Assembly (NCBI GenBank): GCA_036337435.1
Contig: JAYZEG010000062.1
Span: 32,001 to 96,000 of the forward strand
Direction: 5' to 3'
From: Myxococcota bacterium
GTDB lineage: Bacteria > Myxococcota_A > Bradymonadia > UBA7976 > UBA1532
Length of the DNA stretch: 64,000 nucleotides
The notes beneath the pieces were generated by a model. The model searched no databases and had not been told where the DNA came from. It saw nothing but the letters and a program-made list of their open reading frames with translations. Each line of letters begins with the position of its first letter. The stretch's first letter is position 1. Position numbers and translations under genes: made by a program. Below are positions 29,688-38,291 of this stretch, in pieces.

Positions 29688-31812
29688 CGACGAATTCAGC
29701 TTTCCGCCAGACTCGTCCGTTGCGTCTCCACCAAGTCCAAAGTCCGGCGCGTTTGCCTTGCTCAAATTGGCCCTCACCTTTCTTTTGACCATCCAGGTAG
29801 AAGCGTACCCAACGTCCATCTGCTTCGCCCGCTCGATAGACTCCCGTCTCGATCAGGGTACCATCGTCGGCCCACCAAACCCAATCACCCGTTCTTTTGC
29901 CGGCGTCGTATTGGCCCATAGACGATTTTTTCCCATTGGGGTGAAATGTGGTCCACTCACCCACCTCTTCTCCTGACTGATATTGCCCACGATAGCGTAC
30001 TTCGCCTGTGGAAAAGTAACCCACCCACGCGTCTGTTGGCATTCCATTCTCATAGCGTCCCGCCTGCATGGGTTTCCCATTGTCGAAAAACTCGACCCAA
30101 CGTCCCTCTTTTTGCCCAATCTCGTACGTGCCGCGTCGTTCCACGCGTCCATTTGGGTGCCACCAAGTCCATTCGCCGACCTCAAGAAGCTTCTGGTCGC
30201 CTTTTTCTTTAGGTCGACAAATCAGACATCCCACGCGCCTCTGGTCTGAGTCTACGGTCCATTCTCCCTGACGTTGATCGCATTCACCTCGAGCGGGTGA
30301 GCGCTCCACGCCGTCCACATATTCGATCGATCGCCATAATTCTCCTGATGCCCACCATTCGGTCCAAACACCGGTTTTCAGTCCATTCAGAAAGGCTCCT
30401 TCGCCCATTTTCTTGCCGTTTTCATGCCAGAGGGTCCAATCGCCATCCCGCTTGTTTTTTAAAAAATGGCCGGATGCTTCGGGATGACCCTCCCAGTGAT
30501 TGCGCTTCCAAAGACCATGGCGCCCGGTGTCGTTGTATTGGCCTTCCCACGCAATCCGCCCGTTTCGATAATACGCGGTCCAATACCCACTTCGTCGACC
30601 ATTGATATACCCACCATCAGCCTTGACTTCGCCGGTGTCGTAGTGGCTTTTCGCGGGCCCTGTCTTGATTCCTTCGACCCAAGTCTCTTGGGTATCCATT
30701 AGGCTTGTTTTGAAATAGCGAGTCCACGTGCCTGTTTTACGAGCACCGCTATATTGGCCCTCCTCTTTCTTCACTCCGCTGGGGTACCAGCTCGACCATA
30801 CGCCCTGGCCATCGATGACCGTTGACTCTCCAATGGGTTGCCCACTGGTGTCCAAGAAAACGTGTGTTCCCTCCGGTACATGATTAAAGTAGGCTCCCCG
30901 TCGCAACAGCTCGCCTGTCGGATGATATTCCACGAAAGGCCCATGTAGGAGACCTGCCCGGTAGGTTGCAGTCCACTGCTTAGACCCGTCTCCGTAAACA
31001 GCCGTCCACAGGCCAACTCGGGAGGCATCGACCAAGCACCCTTGGCTTCGGTCGGCATAGTCTAAATGCCAACCACCGCCCTGATCTCGGCACTGTTCAT
31101 AGAGAGCACCCTGTCGGACGCCTTTGTCATACTTGACACGATTCCACTCGATGCCATTGAGCAGGTATTCAATCCACTCGCCTTGTTCTAAATCAGACGA
31201 AAAGGGTCCTTCTTTTAGTTTCGGACCTTCCCGATGAAATTCCGACCAATGCCCGTCTCTTTTGCCGTCAGCGTATGTGCCTTTCCATTCAACATTCCCA
31301 TTGGAGTACCATTTGGTCCACGGACCCGACCGCTCGCCGTTGACGAATTGCCCTGTCAGTGATGGCTGACAATTCTGATACCATTCTTTGACAGGTCCAT
31401 CGCGTTTACCTTTCTTCCAAGTCAGTTCAAAACCCAATTGGCCGCCGTCGTAGAAACCACTAAAGACCCCGTGTTCGACACCATCTTGCATTTGGCCTCT
31501 GATCCGAATGCGGCCCGAAGGGTAATATTCTCTGTGTGCCCCATGATGCTTGTCGCCAACCAAGTCAGCGACGATTTTCAGATACCGCACCCCGTCGTCG
31601 GTCGTCTCATAGAAGCGCCAAGTGCCCTCCGCCTTGCCACTGATTCGACACCCTTCCATTCGCCGATCTTGGTGCCACGCCCCTTTGCTTTGGTGGCACT
31701 CGATGGGCCCGTCGACCGTCTTGGTCGCCTTGTTCTTTGCAGGTTTAGCGAGACCGACAGGAATTAAACTCAGACAGATGAGACAGGTTAAGATGTGCTG
31801 TTTGATTTTCAC
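29659..31812 (-). CDS. Exported MORN-variant repeat (YwqK-like) protein
   Basis: Signal peptide; many G.W..(Y/W)..(N/S)G....G.(Y/F)..G repeats along the whole length. Confidence 0.88.
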   Translation of the reverse strand: MKIKQHILTCLICLSLIPVGLAKPAKNKATKTVDGPIECHQSKGAWHQDRRMEGCRISGKAEGTWRFYETTDDGVRYLKIVADLVGDKHHGAHREYYPSGRIRIRGQMQDGVEHGVFSGFYDGGQLGFELTWKKGKRDGPVKEWYQNCQPSLTGQFVNGERSGPWTKWYSNGNVEWKGTYADGKRDGHWSEFHREGPKLKEGPFSSDLEQGEWIEYLLNGIEWNRVKYDKGVRQGALYEQCRDQGGGWHLDYADRSQGCLVDASRVGLWTAVYGDGSKQWTATYRAGLLHGPFVEYHPTGELLRRGAYFNHVPEGTHVFLDTSGQPIGESTVIDGQGVWSSWYPSGVKKEEGQYSGARKTGTWTRYFKTSLMDTQETWVEGIKTGPAKSHYDTGEVKADGGYINGRRSGYWTAYYRNGRIAWEGQYNDTGRHGLWKRNHWEGHPEASGHFLKNKRDGDWTLWHENGKKMGEGAFLNGLKTGVWTEWWASGELWRSIEYVDGVERSPARGECDQRQGEWTVDSDQRRVGCLICRPKEKGDQKLLEVGEWTWWHPNGRVERRGTYEIGQKEGRWVEFFDNGKPMQAGRYENGMPTDAWVGYFSTGEVRYRGQYQSGEEVGEWTTFHPNGKKSSMGQYDAGKRTGDWVWWADDGTLIETGVYRAGEADGRWVRFYLDGQKKGEGQFEQGKRAGLWTWWRRNGRVWRKAEFVDGREKKTSP

Positions 31813-33752
31813 GGCTTATCCTTCACTCGTCGGGCTCGTCTGGGCCGTCCAATTAGGCTGTCGATCGCTTGTTTTGCGTCGGAGCGAATGGCGCGTCCAT
31901 CGAGGCTGCTAATATCGCTCTGGGTCATCTCTATTTTTGGAGAGAACCCATCGTTATGAAAGGCATCTATGGCGGCACTTACGGGTTCATCTTCCGGTTC
32001 GAGAGTGTCGAGGGCCAACGTGCCACACCCGTACTTTTTCGTCCCTTCAACACAAATTTCGATGGTTTTTCCACGGTCTTCTACCCGGACACGGAAGGAC
32101 GCGTTGTCGTCGATGCGGAGACGTGGTGAATCCTGTAGACGATCAGCAATTTCTTCTCCCCTCGACCCAGAAAAACTTAATGTAGCGGGTAGACGAACCC
32201 TCAGGTGACGTAGGGCTGTCGGGTATGTTTCGAGGATTCGGTGGAAATGGTCATTGGCGGCACTCGTTTGGCCCGTTTGGACGAGGGCATCGGCCAACCA
32301 AGTACGAATTCGTAGTCTCAGCAACTTTGTCGTTTTTGGAATTCTTTTGAGCAAGCTTTGCCCCGACTTGATGGCATCGATGTATCGGCCATCCCGCCAA
32401 GCCATCTCACCGATATAGGCATCAAGAAATGCACTTGCAGTGTCTTTGAAGTCGGTCTCTTTCACTCGGGCCTCTTCGATGATCCGGTCCATCACCCCAT
32501 GGCCCAACACCTGAACAATATCGGCCCCGAACCAAGGCATTAAATCCGTCATGTAGGGCCGAATCACTTTCTCTAAGTTACCGGGTATCGACGCCAGGCG
32601 AATCGCTTGTCTAGCCACGGACCGCTTTGTTCGGACCAATTTGAATTGTTCTTTTCGTTCTGACAAAGCGTCAAAGAAAGGGCGCGCTGATGCGCGTTCT
32701 CTGAACTGTTCTTGCCTGGCATTAAGGACAGACCAGGCGAGGATTTGATTGGTCAGCTCAATGGTCTCGGCCGCCGTACTCACCATGCCAGCACGGTCTG
32801 GTTCATCGATGATTTCTTGGGCTCGGACGGCCGCTTGCTCGAAAGCACCCAAGGCATGCAAAAGCTCGACAAATCGAGCTCGAATGACCATTTCGTTCTG
32901 CACCTTCATATCGGGCGTTCGGGGTGCCATTCGAAGTGCTTTAAGGGCACTCAGCGATTGCTGGAATTCGCCGAATACCAGATACATGGCGGCCAATTGT
33001 GCGTTGGGCGAGGTTGGACAGCTCTTGTCTTTGGCTCGCAATGCGGTTTGGTCATGTTCGATGGTTTTGGCAAATCGAAAAGTCCGTCGCGCACCCAGTG
33101 CCAGATTGGTCGCAATGATACACGACTGACTGCGCGTATCTTCAAGGCCGCGCAGTCCCCAGGTATAGCTCGCCTCCCTGTTCCCTGCCTCCTCTTCGAT
33201 GGCCATGAGGCCATTGAATGCGCGTTCACGGATATAGGCTTTGTCGCTGGTTCGGTTTGCATGGGCGATGCGCCTCGCTTCCTCAAAACGGCCCAATTTG
33301 AGCAACGGCCAAATACGATAGTAGGACTTCTCACCTTTGTACTCGTCGTCGTATTCCGTCAGAATATCGAGTTGTTCTTCACGACGGTCCAGCTGAGCGA
33401 GGACAAACTGCTCTCGCATCAGAATTCGCCGATGCCACCGTCGTACGACGTCTTGGACCGGTGATCGGCTAAATTTGTCGATCAATTGTGCCTTCGCCCG
33501 TCGAACCAAAAAGAGCCCTCTGGCCAGATTGCCTTCACCTTCGCTATGGCATACGCCGAGTACATAATTCGCCCAGATGCTTTGATTCGATGTCCGCTGT
33601 AATTCTTTCTCTGCAATGCGTCGTGCGCTGGAATACTCACCCATGTCGAGATGACGCATCGCAGCACTTTCGCCCGCTTTTGGTTCGGGTGTCTGCCCGT
33701 GTGCGACGCCGAACCAAAATGCAAAGACTGCAAGACAGCAGAGAAACTTCAT
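31809..33752 (-). CDS. Exported TPR-like alpha-helical protein
   Basis: Signal peptide ending AHG-Q; TPR-like helices (ANYVLGVC, LLKLGRFEEA, LAAMYLVFGEF, LADALVQTG); GTGA overlap with the MORN gene. Confidence 0.75.
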   Translation of the reverse strand: MKFLCCLAVFAFWFGVAHGQTPEPKAGESAAMRHLDMGEYSSARRIAEKELQRTSNQSIWANYVLGVCHSEGEGNLARGLFLVRRAKAQLIDKFSRSPVQDVVRRWHRRILMREQFVLAQLDRREEQLDILTEYDDEYKGEKSYYRIWPLLKLGRFEEARRIAHANRTSDKAYIRERAFNGLMAIEEEAGNREASYTWGLRGLEDTRSQSCIIATNLALGARRTFRFAKTIEHDQTALRAKDKSCPTSPNAQLAAMYLVFGEFQQSLSALKALRMAPRTPDMKVQNEMVIRARFVELLHALGAFEQAAVRAQEIIDEPDRAGMVSTAAETIELTNQILAWSVLNARQEQFRERASARPFFDALSERKEQFKLVRTKRSVARQAIRLASIPGNLEKVIRPYMTDLMPWFGADIVQVLGHGVMDRIIEEARVKETDFKDTASAFLDAYIGEMAWRDGRYIDAIKSGQSLLKRIPKTTKLLRLRIRTWLADALVQTGQTSAANDHFHRILETYPTALRHLRVRLPATLSFSGSRGEEIADRLQDSPRLRIDDNASFRVRVEDRGKTIEICVEGTKKYGCGTLALDTLEPEDEPVSAAIDAFHNDGFSPKIEMTQSDISSLDGRAIRSDAKQAIDSLIGRPRRARRVKDKP

Positions 33753-33769
33753 CGAATTAGACCTTCATT

Positions 33770-34786
33770 CTAAATCGTTGACCGGTTGAGTGCGTCTATC
33801 GGCGATTTTATCGCGTCTGCGAGGATGTCATCCACTTGACCGGCACCGGGCACCACACTGATTCGATGATGAAACAGGTGAGGTGACAATCGTTCGATGT
33901 CGCTCGGTGCAATGTAGTCGCGGCCTCGGATGACAGCGAGCGTTTGAAGCGCCGGAATCGCCTGCACCAGTGATCGCGTCGATACGCCTTGAGCGGTTCT
34001 TGTATCTTCGCGGATGGTTCTCGCTAGGTCGACCAGACATTCTTTGATTTCCTTGGCCACATGGACCGAATTGTGAATTGCCTGCCGTGCGCTGAGAATG
34101 GCGTGTTTTGAAACGGGGTTGAGGGGAGCTCTCTGGGTTGGTGTACCCCAGGTGTTCAAAACGTCTAACTCGGCATCCCGAGACACATGTTTCATACTGA
34201 TTTTAAAAAGGAACCGGTCCAGCTGAGCCACTGGAAGGGGGTATGTACCCACAGAATCAAGCGGATTCTGAGTTGCGATGACAAAGAAGAGGTCGTCGAG
34301 TTTGTAGCTGACATTGTCGATGGTGACTTGGCCTTCTCCCATGGACTCCAACAGAGCCGATTGGACTTTAGGCGAGGTCCGATTGATCTCATCGACCAAG
34401 ACGATTTGAGCAAAGATAGGCCCGCGTCTGAAATGAAAATCGTTGGTTTGTGGATCGAAGACCATGACCCCAGTGACGTCGGAGGGCAAGAGGTCGGGTG
34501 TGAACTGAATTCGACGGAAAGCCGCCAGTTCGGTGTCCAGCTGGTCGGGTTCAAGGGCTGAGCCTAAGGCCTTGGCCAACGTTGTTTTACCCGACCCTGG
34601 ATAATCCTCGAGGAGGACGTGACCTCCACCAAAGAGTGCCACCAAAATCAGTTCAATCACGTCATCTCGACCCATAACGTCGCGGGTCATGAACCCACGA
34701 ACTCGGTCGACAATGTCGCCCACTTGCGCCAAAGCCATTGTCTGTCTTCCATCTTTTGGCTGCTCGCCAAGATTTAGGTCACTCAT
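33770..34786 (-). CDS. moxR: MoxR-family AAA+ ATPase
   Basis: GHVLLEDYPGSGKTTLA, RIQFTPDLLPSD, VLVDEINRTSPKVQSALLE, IATQNP, YPLPVAQLDRF. Start 34786 (ATGA overlap with the upstream gene). Confidence 0.93.
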   Translation of the reverse strand: MSDLNLGEQPKDGRQTMALAQVGDIVDRVRGFMTRDVMGRDDVIELILVALFGGGHVLLEDYPGSGKTTLAKALGSALEPDQLDTELAAFRRIQFTPDLLPSDVTGVMVFDPQTNDFHFRRGPIFAQIVLVDEINRTSPKVQSALLESMGEGQVTIDNVSYKLDDLFFVIATQNPLDSVGTYPLPVAQLDRFLFKISMKHVSRDAELDVLNTWGTPTQRAPLNPVSKHAILSARQAIHNSVHVAKEIKECLVDLARTIREDTRTAQGVSTRSLVQAIPALQTLAVIRGRDYIAPSDIERLSPHLFHHRISVVPGAGQVDDILADAIKSPIDALNRSTI

Positions 34787-36861
34787 CGCGTAAAATACCA
34801 TCCGATCGGGTTAATTGTTCCCAAAGCACGTTTCCAACGAGGTAGATTCATTTTCAGTTCTGTGCCGACTTGTTTGCATTGTTCCATCATGCCTTCGCTT
34901 GTTCCAGACTCGCTGAGGCTTAAACTCAAATGCTGGTGTGTAAGCTTCTCGAAGCTGGGTGCCAGTGCCTTGACTCGCTTTGCATGGTTTTCTCTTGTTT
35001 CGCCAAAATCACGTCCAAGTCCAAGATCGGAGAGTTGATCCAAGACCGCAGAGAAAGCCCACCTCTGGCGGAACCGACCAGCCATTGATGGCCTCACCCG
35101 ACGCGCGACTTTGATCAAGTAACTGGCGGTAAATAGACTCACAAAAAGCATAAACAGGCCATATCTGATGCTATCCCACGGGATTTGAAAAGGCGTGTTT
35201 TGCGCTTCCAAGGCCCGTCCACCTGATTTATCGTTTCGCGCCAGTTCACCGAGCAAGCTTTCCAAATCTTGTGAAACCAGTTGTGGTGGAGGTTGGTCCG
35301 ATTGCTCTGGGTAGATGTCGAAGGCAATCCAACCCACGCCGTCGATGTGGATTTCAGGCCATGCGTGGGCCCGGTCACCCATGATCAAAACAGCGGAGCC
35401 GCTGCCTCGCATTCGGTTGTCAACAGCATAGCCGACCGCGACGCGCGATGCGATGCCAACCGTTCGAAACAAGAGTGCGGCAGCATGGGCGAAATGAACA
35501 CAATAGCCCCTTAAGTTTCCGAACAGGAATGACGCGGCTGGGTCCGGTTGATTGTCGTGTCGCTCTTCTCGAGTGTAGAAGCCATTTTTCTCAAGGTATC
35601 GTTTGACCGCCAGGGCTTTCACCAAGGTGTCGTTGCTGTATCTCGGATCGACTTCTCTGACAATTTCATTGGCCAGCGAGTCATATCTGGGATCATCGGG
35701 TCCGGTCAAATAATGGTCTTTTTGCGCCTGGCTCCAGTCGGCTGGGACCGAACGCCGACCCAGATAGCGCATATCGTGAATTTTCGTCGTGGGAGCGAGA
35801 GAGACCACATCATAGGCAGCGACGAACTTGGCCGGTGATGGGTTGGGTCTTGGACTGATTTCGATGGACGCGGTCAAGCCCAAGGGTTGCGGATGGTCGA
35901 CCATCAAGAACATCGATGTCGGAACCCGTTTGTGAAATGCTGCCTTTTGGGTCTCGTCGGTGATACGGATGGGATCAGTGCCTGGAAATTGTGTGATGAC
36001 ATCAGCTGCAAATTCACCGGTGGGTGAGGATACCAGGCGTTTTCCATTGAAGTGGCCTTGGACCTGCTGTCGGAAATAGAGCAGGTCGGCTTCTGGTTCA
36101 TAATCGGTGTGCAAAAGGGCAACGGCAACCGGGTATGGTTTGTCTTGATTACTTTGCCCCTGACCCGCGACCGATTGCTCTTTCAGAAAGTCCTCGATGG
36201 GCGGCTCGAGTTTCATCGACGACTGTTGCTGGTACGCAACCAGACCCAGTACCAAAAGCAAGACCATACTCATCACTAATTTTTGTCGGGATTGTTTCCA
36301 AAGCATCATGACGATAGCCACGAGTGCCGCAACGACGCCGATGCCCTGCAGCAGCACTTGTGGATCGAGACCATTGACCAGTGCCCAATCCGCCAAAAAC
36401 CGGGGTCTATGATAGGCTAAATGTTGATGCCGGGAGAAGAGCAGCACCACCGATGCAATGACGATAAACGTCTCTACGATAGACCAGATTCGTCGGCGTG
36501 TTGACATGAACCGAACTGAAAATGAGACACCGAAGGCAGCCAAACTGAATCCCATGATGTCAGAGACGACCAAGAGTTTTTCGGCCTTTAAGCCCAGCGG
36601 GTTCAAACCAGAGTCTCTAAACCAATCTGCGCCGAACCAACTCAAGGCGAGGGTGCTGATGCCCAATGCCAGTGCCACGGATGTCTTCAGGTGGCGCTTC
36701 GACATGGACCGACCCAATTGGCTGCCAAGAATCGCAAAGGCGACAGCAAAGAGCGTGGCTGTAAAGTTGGTTTGCGACCACAACGTGACCAATGTGGCGA
36801 TAGCGAAGAGACCGCTTTTCAGCCATCCGACAGCTCTTGATTCGAATCGAACGGAACTCAT
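34783..36861 (-). CDS. Polytopic membrane protein with a transglutaminase-like (TgpA-type) domain
   Basis: About 7-8 N-terminal TM helices; catalytic triad motifs GYCVHFA, HAWPE, GWIAFD; C-terminal TM helix and a GET-containing tail. Confidence 0.9.
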   Translation of the reverse strand: MSSVRFESRAVGWLKSGLFAIATLVTLWSQTNFTATLFAVAFAILGSQLGRSMSKRHLKTSVALALGISTLALSWFGADWFRDSGLNPLGLKAEKLLVVSDIMGFSLAAFGVSFSVRFMSTRRRIWSIVETFIVIASVVLLFSRHQHLAYHRPRFLADWALVNGLDPQVLLQGIGVVAALVAIVMMLWKQSRQKLVMSMVLLLVLGLVAYQQQSSMKLEPPIEDFLKEQSVAGQGQSNQDKPYPVAVALLHTDYEPEADLLYFRQQVQGHFNGKRLVSSPTGEFAADVITQFPGTDPIRITDETQKAAFHKRVPTSMFLMVDHPQPLGLTASIEISPRPNPSPAKFVAAYDVVSLAPTTKIHDMRYLGRRSVPADWSQAQKDHYLTGPDDPRYDSLANEIVREVDPRYSNDTLVKALAVKRYLEKNGFYTREERHDNQPDPAASFLFGNLRGYCVHFAHAAALLFRTVGIASRVAVGYAVDNRMRGSGSAVLIMGDRAHAWPEIHIDGVGWIAFDIYPEQSDQPPPQLVSQDLESLLGELARNDKSGGRALEAQNTPFQIPWDSIRYGLFMLFVSLFTASYLIKVARRVRPSMAGRFRQRWAFSAVLDQLSDLGLGRDFGETRENHAKRVKALAPSFEKLTHQHLSLSLSESGTSEGMMEQCKQVGTELKMNLPRWKRALGTINPIGWYFTR

Positions 36862-38120
36862 ATCGACCTCATTGCAGCCAAATCGGTTCCGGTCATAATG
36901 CGTTGCTCGCTTTTGTGGATGATTTGCACCCGAGATCCAGTGTTGGCCATGTGATCGTAGAGAGACGGCAGTCGACGAAGCCGCTCTGTGGCCACCCCGT
37001 CGTCGAAGAAACGTGTTCGCTTCGACGATTGCGCCTGAACGGTTGGGCCATCAACGGCGATGAGGACCAATGGCGGTCTTGGTAGCTGAATGATGGCTGC
37101 CAGCACACGGTCTCGCCACTGACCATCTTGTGAGGGCAGGAAGAGCACGCAATGATTTCGTCGGGCCGGGTCGATGGTGGCTAGAAATTGGGCCAAATCA
37201 CGGCCATTTCTGTGTCGATGGTGTGCCGATTCGACGATGGCATCGAGTGCCTTTGCCCGTTGCCTGACGGGACCGACTGTACCCGTTGCACCAAAGATTA
37301 AGTCTTCGCCTAAAAGGCCTTGCTCGAGCACTGTTCTGGCCAGAGATGCTGTCTCTTCGTCGTTGGGCCCACTGACAAAGAATGCAGCGGCATTGGGTCT
37401 TGGAGCGATGGCTCTTTCCGGTGTTCTCACCAAGAGCTTCCGAGACCGAGCAAAGGCTTTCCATAAGATAAACCGTTGTGGGTCGCCCGGCGCGTAGCGC
37501 CTCATTTCGATATAATCGCCAACCGGCTCACCCAGAGGGTGACTCGACCCATCGCCCTCGGCGTGTCGCAATTCCGGCACCAGAGACAAAACCGCTTTGG
37601 ATGGGGAGATGACAATGGATGCGACCTGTCGATGTTTTAATGTCATGGCCGAGAAACCAAAGATGTCCTTAATGGTGATCCGACGAACGATTTGGGTCAT
37701 TCGACCACGTCCGACCGTTTGAGCATGTTCTTGCCAATATCGCCCATCTTTGACCAGTCTCGGTTGCGCTTGGCTTAAATCGGACCATGAGACATCGATT
37801 TGGATTAAGGGCCAGTAGGGTAGCCGTCTGGCGCGAAACCCTGTTTTATGGCTCTGGTTTGTCTCCCATTGGCCCGCAAGCGTTTGGGTCTCGAATCGAA
37901 CTGACTGACGGATGAATAGGGTCCCGATGATCGTGGTGAGTATGCAGACACACATGACTGTGACGATCGCGATGATGGACGCACGGACGACAAAATCATG
38001 GCTTCCATCAACCCATACAAGCCAACCACATACACTAAATGCAGTTAAAATAAGCCCGATTCCCGTCAACGGAAACAGGTCTGCTAAGGGTCGCCAATAT
38101 TGCTTTAAACGGCTCGTCAC
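36858..38120 (-). CDS. DUF58 family membrane protein (MoxR partner)
   Basis: Two N-terminal TM helices; RGR...DIFG; MRRYAPGDPQRFILWKAFARSRKLLVR DUF58 core. Confidence 0.88.
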   Translation of the reverse strand: MTSRLKQYWRPLADLFPLTGIGLILTAFSVCGWLVWVDGSHDFVVRASIIAIVTVMCVCILTTIIGTLFIRQSVRFETQTLAGQWETNQSHKTGFRARRLPYWPLIQIDVSWSDLSQAQPRLVKDGRYWQEHAQTVGRGRMTQIVRRITIKDIFGFSAMTLKHRQVASIVISPSKAVLSLVPELRHAEGDGSSHPLGEPVGDYIEMRRYAPGDPQRFILWKAFARSRKLLVRTPERAIAPRPNAAAFFVSGPNDEETASLARTVLEQGLLGEDLIFGATGTVGPVRQRAKALDAIVESAHHRHRNGRDLAQFLATIDPARRNHCVLFLPSQDGQWRDRVLAAIIQLPRPPLVLIAVDGPTVQAQSSKRTRFFDDGVATERLRRLPSLYDHMANTGSRVQIIHKSEQRIMTGTDLAAMRSI

Positions 38121-38291
38121 AGGCTCTTCTCGGTTCTGTACCCCAACGCTTTTTGAACCGCTCTTGCCCCAAGGTCAGTCCGGCGTTGCCACCACCTATA
38201 ACCTTGATGCTCCCCGAAGACTTCCGGAGGCGCAATATTTTAAATTAATCGCGAATCCCCCCAGAACCATGGAGAGATAACAAACCAAAGT

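Noticed and set aside
29659..31812. Toxin-antitoxin system suggested by the YwqK-like repeats
   Set aside because: The YwqK label only reflects MORN-variant repeats. The protein is exported and no adjacent toxin domain is recognisable.
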